A stretch of 64,000 nt of DNA from the human T2T-CHM13v2.0 reference genome, Homo sapiens (GCF_009914755.1 NC_060938.1), one strand, 5' to 3'. Positions 40,874 to 56,267 are shown, numbered from the stretch's first letter. Notes: generated from the sequence alone by a model not told the origin. Translations and numbers: made by a program.

Positions 40874-43130
40874 TATTGGCAAGATTGGTTCCTTCTGAGG
40901 GTTGTGAGGGAGGGATCTGTTCCAGGCCTCTCTTTGGCTTGTAGATAGATGACTGTCTTCATATTTGTATGGTGTTTTCCTTGTCCAAATTTCCTTTTTT
41001 ATCAGGACATCTAGTCATATTGGATTTAGGCCAACCCTAATGACCCCATCATAACTAATTACATCTGTTACCATGTTTCCAAGTAAGGACACAGCATCCT
41101 GAGATACTGGGGTTTAGGACTTCAGCATATGAATTTAGGGGGATGCAATTAAACTCATAGCACCATATATCATACATAATCATAACAGTCACATCTTATT
41201 TGCTCATACTCAAAAGGGAGGGATTTGGACAAAGGTGAGGGTCATTGGAGGTCATTCTTAGAATTCTGCTTGTCACCCTGCCTCTGAGTCAGGATACCTG
41301 CTCAGAGGGATGTGAGGACAGCTATGATGAATAAAAAGAATACTGCTGACCATGGTGAGAACAGCTACAGAGGAGTGGGTGAAGGCCATGATCAATGGGT
41401 TGCAAGTGAACAAGAAGTGAAGAAAATGCAGAGACTGCTCCACTCAAGAAGCAGCTGTGGCCAAGAGGAGGCCAGGTGGTGAGAAGAGAGGGAAACAGAG
41501 GTGAATAACAGTTCCACTAAAATCCAAGAGACCTGAGCTTGCTAGTTGTCTAGAGACAACTGACAGAGAGGGGCTTGCAGGCGGCTAAAGCCATTCAACA
41601 ATTTCTGGTTGTCCACATGCCCCTTCTATGGGAACTTGACTTGGTACCAGGTAGAGGATTTTGTAGAACTCCACATGTTATTAAATGGCCTTTGCAAAGA
41701 GACTTGTGTGCAATCTGGCTGAATTATAGTTCCTTTGGAGATTCATGTTTGCTTACTTGTGGCTCTGTAACTCTCAGCCTTAATATCACAGAAATGCATT
41801 TCTATCTGGTCTTCACTTCCCTGATTCTTTAAAAATTTTATGTGATTGTTCTTGGAAGGAAAGCTTTGGTGGAATCCAGACATAGTATTGGCCACTATTG
41901 ATTGAGGGTCTGCTGTATGACAGGCCCTGTGAGAAGGGTGCATGTATATTAGTCCTTATTTCCTTTTTACCAGGTAGATTGTTACCTTCATTTCACAAAT
42001 GGGGAAACTGAGTCTCAGAAAGCTTCAGGGCTGTGGCTGAGGTTATAGCATTGCTAAGCAGTATTGCTCTGCCTCCTGGGTTAGTCACCGCACTCACATT
42101 AAAGACCTTTTTCTTCTGAAAGTTGGCAATTTTCTTTTGTCTTGATAAATGTTATTTTCCTAGGATGTACTTAGAGCAATAAATGTTCTGTGAAAACAAA
42201 AGTGTAGTGTTCACTTTCTATTCCCCTCCCAGTCCCAAACTTCTGGGCTTCCCAGTTCACCTATTTGAGAAATTACTTAGTGAAACATTTTCATCTCCCA
42301 CCCAGAATAATTCATTGCCAGGCAAAGAACAATGCAGAGACATTACAGCCAGTGAGACTTTTTCCAAAGGTCACACATCGACGTCCAGGGATTTGTGATG
42401 GACACAGTGCCCAAGGCACAACATCACATTTGCTTCTCTTTCTGGATGCGTTTCATCATGAAAGGGTTTGCAAGCCTCCATCTGCTGACTTGCAGTGGGC
42501 TGTTCCCCAAAATGCATGCCTTGTTCTCATTTCCAAGGAGAATTGCAAATCTTAGAAGGTATTTTAAGGGAATATGACAGGAGCAGGAACCCAGAGCAAT
42601 TGGAATTCAGAGTGGTGGAGTGAAGAATCAGCAGGCATGGCTGCCAGAGTTTGTAGGCTTGAGAAGCAATGAATTCTGCCAGGAGTGAGAGTGCTTGGTG
42701 AAAACCCTGGAAAGAAAATCACAGGTTAACTGGGTTTTAGAGGCAGTGTAGGAATCTGTCAGGTGGGCAGCAGGTAGAAGGTGGGAGAGAAGAACATCTC
42801 AGGTATAGGAGAGATACACAGGTTTAAATGTCAGTGCTGTGGTGCCAAGTGGCTCAAGTATAATTGAGTATATTAGTAATGATGCCAACCGCCCCCGTAA
42901 TAATAAACACATACATTTTTATGTCACCTACTGTATGTCAGGGTACATTAATTATATTCTAAGCACATTAATTATATTAACTCGTATATTCCTCAGTGCA
43001 ACCACACAAGGTGAATACTGTTATTATCCTTGCTTTACAGATCAGGAAACTGAGGCACAAGGAGGAAAATAATCATGCCAAAGAACTATCAATGAGCAGA
43101 TTGGGGATTTTATTCCAGCAGTTTACTCTA

Positions 43131-43336
43131 CAGCAGCTCTGTCCAGTGGAAATTTCAGTGATGATGGAAATGTTTTGAATCCTTGCTTTTAGCAAGGAAG
43201 CCACCACCCACATGTGCTATTGAGCACTTGAAATGTGGCTCGTGAGACACATGAATTTTACATTTTAATTTTGATTTATTATATTTAAATGTAGACAGGC
43301 ACATGCGGCTAGTGAGGACAGTATTGGACAACACAG
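43131..43336. mobile_element. MER3 (hAT-Charlie) DNA transposon
   Basis: CTGTCCAGTGGAAATTTCAGTGATGATGGAAATG…GCTATTGAGCACTTGAAATGTGGCT…TATTGGACAACACAG. Confidence 0.85.
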
Positions 43337-43534
43337 TTAGTTAGAGTCTGCTTATCTATAACCCCCTGCTGCCTTTCAAATTGGGGAGTGTCAAGTTGAT
43401 TCTGTCATGATAGTTCTAGCATTAAAAACCACCACAGGAATCATGGCCATCATTTATTTAGCTCTTATGTGCAGGGCAACATGCTCAGTGCTTCCTGTGG
43501 GTTATTTCATGTAATATCCATGACAACCTTATGG

Positions 43535-43790
43535 GTGATGGCTAAGAGCATGAACTCTGGCAGGTTTGAACTACCAGTGTTCAAAACCCAGCTCTGCTAT
43601 TTGTTAGTTCTGCAGCCTTCAGCAAGTTGCTTATCCTTTCTATGCCTCAGTTTCCTCATTTGGAAAATGGAGTAAATAATAGCATCCCCTTCATGTGGTT
43701 GTTATGATGATCAAGAGGCTGTCCTTTGGAAGACAGCACAGTGCCTGACATGGGACAAATTCAGTATCTGAAGGTATTGTTATTATTACC
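43535..43790 (+). mobile_element. MIR, apparently nested in an antisense MIR (43440-43920)
   Basis: GGCTAAGAGCATGAACTCTGG…TGCCTCAGTTTCCTCATTTGGAAAATGG. Confidence 0.8.
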
Positions 43791-43929
43791 CTTATACTTT
43801 AGATGAAGAAACCAAGGCATGGAAAGGTAAAGTATCATGCTGAAAGGTACAGCTAACTGAGGGAGAGTTGGAATTCAACCCACAGGTAGCCTGATTTCAA
43901 AGTTCAGGTTCTTAACAATTATATGGTGG

Positions 43930-44253
43930 TTTATTTTTTTCTTTTCTTTTCTTTTTCTTTTTTTTTTTTTATTTTTGAGACAGAGTCTCACTCTGTTGCC
44001 CAGGCTGGAGTGCAGTGGCATGATCTCAGCTCACTGCAACCTCTGCCTCCTGGGTTCAAGTGATTCCCTTGTCTCAGTCTCCTGAGTAGCTGGGATTACA
44101 GGCATGCGCCATGATGCCCAGCTAAGTTTTGTAGTTTTAGTAGAGACAGGGTTTCCTCATGTTGGCCAGGCTGGTCTTGAACTCCTGACCTCAAGTGATC
44201 CACCTGCCTTGGCCTCTCAAAGTGCTGAGATTACAGGTGTGATGAGCCCAGCC
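43930..44253 (-). mobile_element. AluS
   Basis: Long T-rich tail, both arms. Confidence 0.96.
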
Positions 44254-44539
44254 CATCCTGTGGTTTCCGATCACAGTTTCTAAAATTGTGGTTTGTGGAG
44301 AACTGGTACTAAAATGCTTCAGAGTGCTTGTTGAAAATATGATTGCCTAGACTCACTAAAAACTGTTCAATTAGACTTTTGGGGTCAGAGACCTGGGAAT
44401 CTGCATTTTAATAAATTTCCCAGGTGATTTTTCATGAACACCTTAACTAATAATAAATCAATTAAAAAATTTAACGGTAAGAGAAGTAGAAGGAGAGACC
44501 AGGTTTTCAGATGTAGAAGATACCCTGGAGAGTAGGGTT

Positions 44540-45960
44540 ATTCTGCAAACAGACTTAATTTTAGAAAGATCTTTCTGGTGGCTGGTGTTGAAGATGGACT
44601 TGATAAAGAACGTCCTGGGGGTAGATGTGGGGTGTGGTGATGGGGCTCATTAGTACAGTGACAGAGTGGACAGGGAGGGAGGGACAGATTCTTTGGATGT
44701 TTTATAGTAAAATTGACAGGATATGGTAGATTACTAGAAACTGAGGAGAAGGAAAATTAATTGAGAATCAAAAATAATCCTCAGGTTTCTATGACACCTG
44801 AGTGGGTAATGATATTATTAACCAAGATGGACAAGGAATTTTGGAGATTCAGATAAACTTGAGGACTTCTTTGGACATCCAGGTGGAGAGAATCATTAAG
44901 CAGCTGGAAATTTGGTTTTGAGTTCAAAAGAGGAATATATAGCAAAAATAAAGTTTGGTGTCCTGTCAACACTAGGGGTGGTATGTGACCTGTGCAGTGG
45001 GTGAGATTGTCTTGGAGAAACTAAGTGGCAAGGCTCAGCAACTCAAATATTGCCAAGGGTGAGGGGTTGAAACAAGTGTGTGTAGTGGCCTGGTATAAGA
45101 GAACAGGTGTTAAGCTGCTTTTATTGCAGCTAATCTAATAACTGCCCAATCACACAGCTTTTGAAAACACTCTATCAGCCACTTAGCTGTACGACACTGC
45201 CCCAAGCTCTTAGCCTCTACACACCTGGCACCTCGGGGTCTAAGCCTACTGGGTCTGACCCTATTGAGAGCACTCGGGTGCTGCCCATGCCAGAAGAGAA
45301 GGTCACCAAAGCCTAGCCCCTGAGGGACAATAACACTCGAGGGCTAAGAACAGGAGCTAGTGAAAGAGGCATAGGAAAAGTAGATAGAAAAGAAGTAGGA
45401 GAACAAGGACACAGCTGTGTTGGAGAGGCTGAAAGAAAGAAGGATTTCAATGAGAGGGTTGTCAGCAAGCCACATGCCACCAAGAGCTCAAGCTGAAGCC
45501 TGGGGAGAAGTTTTGGCATAGACTTGACAAGCTGGACGTGCTTGGTGTCTTTTGCCACCAGTAGAGTAATGGGGGATGGAGCCAGGGAGGGAATGAGAGT
45601 CGCAAGTGGAGGCAAAGAACATAGATTACTTTCTTCAGTGGGGAAAGGAATGTGAAGGTCACTTGCTTGAGGGGGAGACATGGTTGGCACGGGGTTGTTT
45701 GTAGGATAAGTGGGGCTTGATCATGTTTGTAGGGAGAGGGAACACAGAGCCAGTGGGGTAGAAGGATCTGAAGATAGTTAAAAAAAATGACTTTTGGATC
45801 AAAACCCCAGAGGAGGGAAGAATAGTTTGTATCTTGAAAAAAACCAGGGTACCTCTTTCTTTGGGCTAGGAGGAAAAGGTAGAGAAAAGCTTAGATCTAG
45901 GGGCAAGAATTTGTAATTGGAATTCTTGCAAGTGTAAATCTAGGTTGTCTGTTTAAAACA
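44540..45960 (-). mobile_element. Fragmented antisense L2
   Basis: TTTTAGAAAGATCTTTCTGG…CAGGTTTCT…TTGGACATCCAGGTGGAG; purine-rich L2 body; boundaries approximate. Confidence 0.6.
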
Positions 45961-45989
45961 AGGGCATTGGTGAAGAACAAGGATAAACG

Positions 45990-46400
45990 TGGTAATGTCT
46001 ACAGCACATTGAGCATCTGCACCTGTGTGCCAGGCATTGTTTAGCGCTCTTTGGGAATTGTCTTTTTTATTCCTGAAAGGCAAATGTAATTGGCATACCC
46101 ATTTTACAGCCCACAAAGAGAAGTTAATTGCCTGTGGTCACGCAGCTAGTAAGTGGTTGAGCTGAGATCAGATCCCAGGAAGTCTGAGTTCAGAGCTTGC
46201 TCTAGCTGCTATACAGTGTAATAAAGCAGCAATAATGATGACTTGCATTCTCATAGTACTTTTTTTCTTAAAACTTTATCCCTATTTTACAGGTGTGGAA
46301 ACCAAGGCAGAATTTTTACAGGTGTGGAAACCAAGGCGAAATTTGCTCAACTCATCACGCATCTTGGTAGGGTCAGAGCTAGGACTGGAGCTGGGGTCTC
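45990..46400 (-). mobile_element. MIR fragments, one with a 24-bp internal duplication
   Basis: CCCATTTTACAG…GGTCACGCAGCTAGTAAGTGG; TTTTACAGGTGTGGAAACCAAGGC twice. Confidence 0.75.
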
Positions 46401-48228
46401 TTACTTTCTAGTCCTGTTCTGCTTCCCAGGAAGCGAACACCCACAAGTAGCTCCTGAGTAAATTATGTTGCATTTCTGACATCTCATTCCCTCTCTTCCT
46501 CCTTCTATTCCAGTCTGCCTACTCCTACCCTGATCTGGACCCCAGGCCCCAAATGCCAGGAAGGTGGCCTGGCACCTGCTCCTTCCTTTTGGCTGGAATC
46601 TTTGTCCTCCCACATGAGGGCATTGCCCGCATTCCCCACCACCACTGCCTTGCCTTAGTATGAGGGGCCTCATGCAGGCAAGCAGTGGAGTAGAAGGCCG
46701 CATTTGTTTTGCTTTTATTGTTAAATAATATAAATCTCTTGGCTGCACCACCGGCCAGTACGTGAGTTGTGTGTCTTCCTGCATAGTTGCTAATGAGACA
46801 GTTAATCATTTGTTTATTTTGTATGAAGAGAGGTGGCAGCCATATCTCTCAAACCAGACATTGGGCTCCAGGACCCTCAGGGAAGCTGCCCACCCCTGGC
46901 ACATGAGTCACCCACAGTCCCAGCACAATCCTGCCCTGCAGGCCCCATCACCTTCTTCCCTGAGGAATGGCCAAGATGCAGGCATCAGCTGATGATGATG
47001 ATGATTACTGTTATTGCAGCTATTATTTTTATAAATACTCCCTTCCTTGAGATGCAAAAAAAAAAAATGTAATTTGCAAAGATGCTTTGTTGGGAGATAA
47101 GTAGGCTTCCTCTTGGGCACGGAGTTTATCTCACTCGTGCATAGGTTCCTAGAGGTCGTGCAACTCACGAGATAAAGCTCCAGGATCCTCCCCAGGGAAG
47201 GCCAGAGTCAGTGTTCAGCTGTTTTCCTAGATCCAGGGTTAAAGAGGTGAAATCAACTATGTTCGTCCTGTAGGCTCCCTGGGGCCGAGGCTGCTTTTAT
47301 TAGAGCAAATCAGGCCTGTCCAGAAGCTGTGCTATGGGGGAGGAGAGAGCCAGGAGGAGGTGAGGAGGGGTTGGGGTGGGGTGTGCTGCAGGGATTGCTG
47401 TCTGCACCTGGGCTGCCCAAACTGAATGATTGTCTTAAAGGGCTCCCATCTCATCGATTTGCATGCTGTCAGCATCCTCCTGCTATTTTCTTGGTGTTTG
47501 TACAAATCCTATTGCCCGAAGCTTAAATTTCAATTAACTGGGTCCAACTGTCTGTGTCCTGAGGCACAGGGAATGGGCTGGGGTTGCTTTGTTTTCTGCT
47601 GCGGCACTCCATCCTTGGCAGTCTGTCTGTCTGTCTTGAACCTCCTGTCCTGAAGGCTGCACCTCTCTGTGAATTGCTTGCATTCCACAGTCAGGGGCAG
47701 AATTACCCAGGGCAGGGCTTATGTTTTAGGAGTAGTTGATGGCTAGATCAAGAAACAGGAGCATGCAGTGGAGTGGAATCATCCCCTTACCATGGTTGAT
47801 TTCTAGCTTTCTGCTTCCCCCTGTGACATGGTGAGATGCTTTTATTTTTACTTCCTCATCCAGATATATTCTTGATCTCATCCTTCTTTCTCCTCCCTAT
47901 TTTCTTCTTCTAAATATGTCTTTTTAACCTCTGCATCTTTGTTCTTGCAATTTCCTTCATCAGAATTTTCTTCCCTTCCTTTTCCTACCAATCCTTATCA
48001 AAATCCATCCTTCACAGCTCAATTCAAGCGTCACTCCCTCCAGGAAGCCCTCCCACTGTCCTTCCCAGAAGACTTGACCTTGCTTTCTGTGCTTCCGATT
48101 CCTTGGATCTCACAGTTCTCCCTTCTTAGAGTCAGAGCTAGCATCTCATTCTGTACATCCCACAGTACAGTATCACACCATTCATATTATTTTTTTTTTT
48201 TGGTTTTGAGTTTGTTCTGGTTGAGTTT

Positions 48229-49179
<951 letters not shown>

Positions 49180-50199
49180 GAAAGGGTTCTCCTTCTCTGA
49201 AAGGGAAGACAGGGAGAGGCAGGAAGAAAACAAAATACCAGCATGAGGAACCTGTACCCTTCCTTCCAGATTTTATTATCAGCTTGGGTCCTTCTGTTTT
49301 ATTTCATACAATCCAAGTCCTGTTACTCCCACACCAGGCCTTGGGTTGTCTAGGCAGCTGGGTGAAAGGCCACATTTGTTTTGCTTTTATTGTTAAACAA
49401 CATAAGGACAGGGCCTTGTCATGTGAGAACATCAATACTGAATAAATAATATATTTATAATACCAATAAGAGCAATTGACATTTGTATAGCCTTTACAAC
49501 TTACAGATTACTCTGACTTACCTCATTGCGTTTTGTATTTATGGTAAACCTGAGAGGTGGTTGTTGAGATCCTCATTTTACATTTGAGGAAATGGACAGA
49601 GGTGGGAAGGGGCTTGTGTATGACCATACAGCAGATGTGGTTGGGCCAACGCTAAACCATCTTTTGGTTCCAAATCTATTTCCTTTAACTGTGCACATAA
49701 TATTCTTTGATTATGAGACCCAGTAGGTCAAATCTGTTTTTAAAATTCTTTTCAAAATGGGAATATCCTTTGCCTGAGCTAGGGATACCTGGTTTCCTTC
49801 TTTTCCTCAAGGTGTGCTCAAACTCAGCAGGGTTTGGTAGTAGTGGAGAGGCTGAGAGAAAGCCCTGCTTATTCAGGGGTCTTTGTTTTACAAGTTGTCT
49901 CTGTATGTTGATCCTCTGTTATTGTTTGGGTAGGCACTGGGGAACCTCTGTGCTTGCATGTGGGCATGTACACACATGCACTGTGCGCTCTGCCAGCTGT
50001 TATCCCCCTCTGGTGCTCACTGGCATAAATCTGCCACCTGATCATCTAAAATCCCAGTGAAAGGAAAATTGCCAGGCCAGGAGGGTCCAGGGGAGAATCA
50101 ATATATCTAGTATAGTTTATATTTGTACCTTCTCTCCTTAAGAGTTACAGTGAGTGACTCTACTCCTCAAATGGAGCACCTCTCTCCAGGAGAGTAAGA

Positions 50200-50420
50200 A
50201 GATCACATAAATAGAAAGTGAGCTTTGGACTCTAACAGACATAGGTTCATATTCAACTCTGCTACTTAATATCCATATTGGTTTGAGTTATTTAACCTTG
50301 ACAATCCACACTGTAAAATGGGTAAATAATAAATACCCTCCTCTCAGAAGTGTTACAAAGTTTATATGAAATAATGTGCTTAAAAAGCTGGGTACATAGT
50401 AGGAGCTTAGTCATTGTTTA
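50200..50420 (+). mobile_element. MIR
   Basis: GCTTTGGACTCTAACAGACATAGGTTCATATTC…CTGTAAAATGGGTAAATAATA. Confidence 0.8.
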
Positions 50421-50511
50421 TTTTCTCCCTCATACCCATACATGATTCATTCTACTGTTAAAATTATGCTTCTATTGTAACCACACTGTCATCAGGGAAC
50501 AGTTAGTAGCA

Positions 50512-50592
50512 TTAGGTTGGTGCAAAAGTAATTGTGTTTTTTTGTCATTACTTTTAAAGGCAAAAACAGCAATGACTTTTTCACCAACCTAA
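50512..50592. mobile_element. MADE1 MITE (Hsmar1-derived), full-length palindrome
   Basis: TTAGGTTGGTGCAAAAGTAATTG … CAATGACTTTTTCACCAACCTAA. Confidence 0.95.
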
Positions 50593-51146
50593 TAGTTTTG
50601 TCACATTGTCCTCTAGTAATGATGCCCTTTTTGCAAAGGGGAAGCCAAGGGCTTGAAGAGAGGAACTGAAATATTAAGATTTCACATCAAATCAGAGTTA
50701 GGGCTTAAATAGAAGTAAGGGCACTCATTTTCCCACTTTAGTGGGAAGGGAAATAAACCAACATTTATTGACCTCCTAATATAAGCCATGTCCTTCCCTC
50801 AAATATTTTATTCTCACAAGAACATGATGACATGAATAGTGATATTATCCCCATTTTACAGATGAGGAAACAGGCTTAGAGGATTTCAGTTGCTGTAGGT
50901 TACTTAGCAGAGAGGCTGCCCTCCTTCCCAGGGTTCCTGGCCCCAGGGTGCCCAGCTCCTGTGTTTTTCTGCTCCATCATGCGGCTTTCCTCGGAGTCCT
51001 GGGGAAAATACAGCTCAAGGAGGGTCCATGTGTAAGGATGAATCAAGAGGAGCATCTCATTATCACCCCTAGTTGTCAAAGAACAGAATCTACAGCCCCT
51101 TGTTGCTTGTTTCCTCCCAGTCATTCAGCTCTCAGGAGTGGAGTTA

Positions 51147-51650
<504 letters not shown>

Positions 51651-54329
51651 TTATATCTGTTCTTAAATTAAACTCCAGGGCTGTGTTTTGTGAACCAATT
51701 AACTAAAACTTGGAGTCATCCTGTTAGGCTTTGCTGAGCAGTGGAGGGACTTGTGGGGAAATGTGGTTGCAAAGGAGACAGGAGGGAAGCTGAGGAGGCT
51801 GAGGAGCCACAGATGAGCTAGGGAGATGCTTGCAGCATAGCACGTCTTCCTGTTTGGTTATTGGAAAACCTGGGTCCTAGTTCTTGATCTACTAGCTCTG
51901 CAGCATAGGAGTCATTATCTCTCCGGAACTCAGGTTGTAAAATAAAAAGGTCCAACCAGATGATATCTAGGGTTCCATTCAGATATAAGCGTGTGCTGTT
52001 TTTTGAATGTTAGTGCAGCCAGAGGGCCTGAAAAGTGACGGGGAGGCAGAGAGCCTTATCAGATAGAACAAGCAGCATTTCAGCAGGGTGCAGAAGGAGC
52101 TTTGGTGGCTGTCTCTGTATGTGCACTGGGTGGAGAAATGAGTGTGGGCATTGTGGTTGCATTAGGCCCCTCCCCATGTTCTCTGTTCTACAGTGCCTTG
52201 AGCACAGCTTTATTATCTTAAAGCATTTACCAAGTTCTAGTGTCTTTGGGCAGCAAGTCCCTCAACAGACTGTGAGCTCCATGATGGGAAAGACCAACTA
52301 TTGTTCACTGTGATAGTTGAAAAAATGAATGCATCCAAATGCTTTTGGATTCCAGTTTCTCTAGAGATGTCTTTTATGTGTCATTTTTGTAGTTTGGTCT
52401 CTTCTCAATGGAATAATAGATACTAAATATCATATTAGGATGGGCAGGTGAAAGTGAGTCAGTGCTTGCAGAGATAGATGAACATTGGAAGCTGTTCTTG
52501 AGGTTCTGTTCAGAAAGCCTGCTCGCTCTTAGTCCCTTTCCTGCTTGTGGGAGAGTGGGGGTAAAGCTTCCCGGCAAAGTGTGAGTGGCAGGCAAGCCTA
52601 GCTATTCATTGGCTCACAGCTTCGGCATAGACCCCATGCCCATTGCTGGCCTATGGCAAGGCACAGCAAGCTTGACAGTGCGTGCACCTGACCTTGCCCA
52701 TAACCATTAATCAGCCATCATGTCCACAGTCTTCCCCACTTCTATAAACTACTGGGACAGTCACTGGAGGAACTGTCATTTTTTAACTCAGCGCAAGTTT
52801 TGTTCGCTTTAGATTTTTGGGCTACTCCCACAATTTAGCCTATTCCCTCTCTTTTTTCCCCAAATTTTATTTTTATCTTGGTACCAGGTCAATGAGTTGA
52901 GTGGGGCCTGGGGAAGGATGATAAAAAAGACCAAAGATACACATGCAAGATGGGGGCGTGCTTATGAAACTGTCCACTGGACACCCACTATGTGCTTAAC
53001 ATTATGCTCTAGGCTTTTTTTTTTTTCCATTATAACATCATCATTTCCCGGATGCTTTCCTCATGGCCTCTCTATGTAAGGTATACTTCATACTTGCTAT
53101 TATAGTTAAAGTTGATGACATAACATTTAAGTGTCTAGGCCAGGACCTGGCACAAAGTAAGAACTTAGTAGACATTAATTGATGTTGTTGCTACTGTGTT
53201 CACATTTGATAGTTTAAGGGTCTTCATGATATTCTGCAATGTAAAAGGAGAAAACAAACTTGGTTAGTTGGAGATAGTCCATCATTTGTAGAGCAGGATA
53301 AATATTGCTGATCATTAAATCATCTCAGACTTTAACAGGTGAAGAATGAGTAGCTGCCCTGGTTAAAGATCGCATTTGCCTCAACCTAAGTTGGGGCTCA
53401 GAAGGGGAGGGGAAGGTGTCTGTTCCAGTCTCTGATTTGTTTCTAAGTGATTTTTATTGCCATCACTTCTAGGTGTCTAAGTGATTTTTATTGCCATCAA
53501 CTTCTAGTTCTCAGGATGCATGACATGGTCCCTCATTCCAGAATCCAGCCTCTGAGCTTTACTCGCCATTTAAAGAATGGTGTTGGGCCTGAGTGTTTCT
53601 GTCCATGGTGCTAAACACAGAACTCTGGGACTCAAAAGCAGATGGTACTACATGGTCACTCTCATCTCCATAGCCTGCGAGATGAGACTGCTGTGAAAAG
53701 AAGGCTGGTTTGGGAGTTAGGAGGTCTAGTACAGTTTCAATCACTTGCTGTGTTGCCTCAGGCAAACCACCTAACCTGTCTGTTGCAGTGTTCCCATTGG
53801 TAAAATCGAGTTGCTACATTCTGTCATTCATATTTCAGAGTGCTGCTGATTTCTGTGTGAGTAAATGAGATAACAGATGCTAAAGTGGGATATGAATGCA
53901 TAGTATGATTATGCTGCAATTGACTCTCATTCTTTTAATCATACATTTTGACTGTATCGTTTTAATTTACGGAGGCACCCTAAGGCCTAATAACATATAA
54001 TGCAGCATGCAGGAAATCAAACAAACAGATAAATGCACTGGAGGAAGAAAGAAATAACTTTTTTAATATGTTGTTTGCAAGTGGCTGTATGGCTGTAGAA
54101 CCTGGGGTGTGTTTCTAAGAGGAAAGATAATGACCAGTGAGGGGCCAGCCCTTGTCTGGAAGGAGAGAAAAACTCATAAAATCTCATCACCACTCCAAGC
54201 CCCAAAGGGGAGACCCACTTTACTGTCACAGTCCTGAAATCTCAACATTAGCTTGATTTCCTTTTTTAGCTTGGTATTCCTTGTCCTTCACAGAATAGTT
54301 GCAATCTCCCTTTTTGAGTTAATCATGCT

Positions 54330-54920
54330 TGCTATGGCCTGAGATTTGAAAATGGAGTCTGTGGGTTTAAGTTCTTCTTTTCCTAGTTATAGAAACTTCA
54401 TAAAGCAAGTGAGGCTCTTATAGCCTACCTTTCTTCATCTGTGAAATGGGCTCAGTAGTCATAATATCTCCATATGGGATGATTGAAAAGATACAGTTGT
54501 AAAAATGGGCCTTATAAAAATGTACCAGTAGTTGTCATTGTTATTCCCTGACATGCTCTGTTCAAAGTATTGCATGAGCAGGTTTTGCCTTTTCCCCATC
54601 CTGTGCCTTTGTGTGTTCTATTCTTTTTACTGGGTGTATCTTCTTCATCTCTTCTTTTAAAAATCTCACTCCTTTAAAGCACAGGTCAAATACTACCTTC
54701 TTTGACCTCCCCAACCATAATAATTTTTTCCTTTCTAGAACTCCTAGATAGTCTATCATCTTTACTGTTCAACTTATGATCTCCTTGCACGGTGGCATCT
54801 AGTTTAGTCATTTTTTTTACTTTCCTAAATAGATTATAAGACCCTGAAAGACGGCTACTTATCTAGCACAGTGTGTAGCACAGAGCAATTGCCCAATACC
54901 TGTTTTAATTGGAATGCAGG
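54330..54920 (+). mobile_element. MIR followed by an L2 3' fragment
   Basis: TTCTTCATCTGTGAAATGGG; TAGATTATAAGACCCTGAAAG…TAGCACAGTGTGTAGCACAG. Confidence 0.65.
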
Positions 54921-55240
54921 ATGAATATTACACAGCACTCATGGCCTTAGGCTTTTGTAAAAATACAAGCGTTGCTGGAGGAGGTGACTCAATAGGTCAT
55001 GGGTACTTGCATATGCATTAAGAACATTGGGTTTGGGTAGCCAAATGAAGGTGGAAAATCTGGAAAGAACAAGTTGAATAAAGAAGCAGGAGCTGCTAAA
55101 ACACGTTTTTTTCACTGTAGCAGTTTTTCCTAGGCTAGTCCTGGTCTTGGAGGTGCTGTGAAACCAGTGTATTGACTTGGAAAGATCCCTTAGATCTCTG
55201 AACTGGGACAAGGGTTGCAATTCACGGACACCGGATGTTG

Positions 55241-55273
55241 TGCAATATTCAGGTCTGCCAGAAGGTGGCGCAT
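55241..55273 (+). promoter_or_regulatory. CTCF motif with upstream (U) element
   Basis: Core CCAGAAGGTGGCGC 55258-55271 fits CC(A/G)SNAGRKGGCRS; TGCAATATTC at 55241-55250 sits at about the expected upstream spacing. Confidence 0.7.
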
Positions 55274-55825
55274 TATCACTAATTTCATGGTCTGGCAGCT
55301 TTGCTCCTGGGGATCCCCAAAGTTGGTGTGGGCATTCTGATGGGTAGCTCTCCTCCGCATTTTGTGTGGTTCAGAGCTTCTCCCCTCTTATCCCCTCCCC
55401 TGCCTGCATTCCACTCAGCTTCTTTATGATGTATAAAGATGAAACTGACCCCAGTCTTCAGCCTGAAGAGTGCCTTCCATTGGGCTTCCACATTTGGGAA
55501 GGTTCCCGCTGAGATGGGACAGAAGTGTCTCAGCAGTCTCTCAGTTCCTGCGTAAGTTCAGAACCAACTCAAATCATGCTCTCTGCAGTGGAATCTCCCC
55601 ACCCTGGGCGCGGAGAGAGTGAGCACTCGGTGCCTTTTTGGATAAACCAGGTAAAGAAGAAAACAAATTACTTTTTAGTACACTCCTTTATTCCTCATTC
55701 CCTCCGCAGCCTCCTATGACTTCTGATTTCTTGTCTGAACTTCAGGAACAGCACCTCTCTCTGTGTCTTCCTCATCTCACTCCTATATGGTGTTTCATTC
55801 TCTTTATGGTGTTATCACATTTATT

Positions 55826-56267
<442 letters not shown>

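Larger units (their letters stand above)
40015..41162 (-). mobile_element. MLT1B/C-like LTR (second layer)
   Basis: TTGCTAGGACTGCCGTAACAA…TGAGATACTGGGGTTTAGGACTTCAGCATATGAATTT; TSD ccatg/ccata. Confidence 0.8.
39534..41276 (-). mobile_element. MLT1E/F-like LTR (outer layer; pieces 39534-40014 and 41163-41276)
   Basis: TATTGCTGCTGTCACAAATTACCTCAAACTTAGTGGCTTAAAACAA start; TCTTAGAATTCTGC end. Confidence 0.8.
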
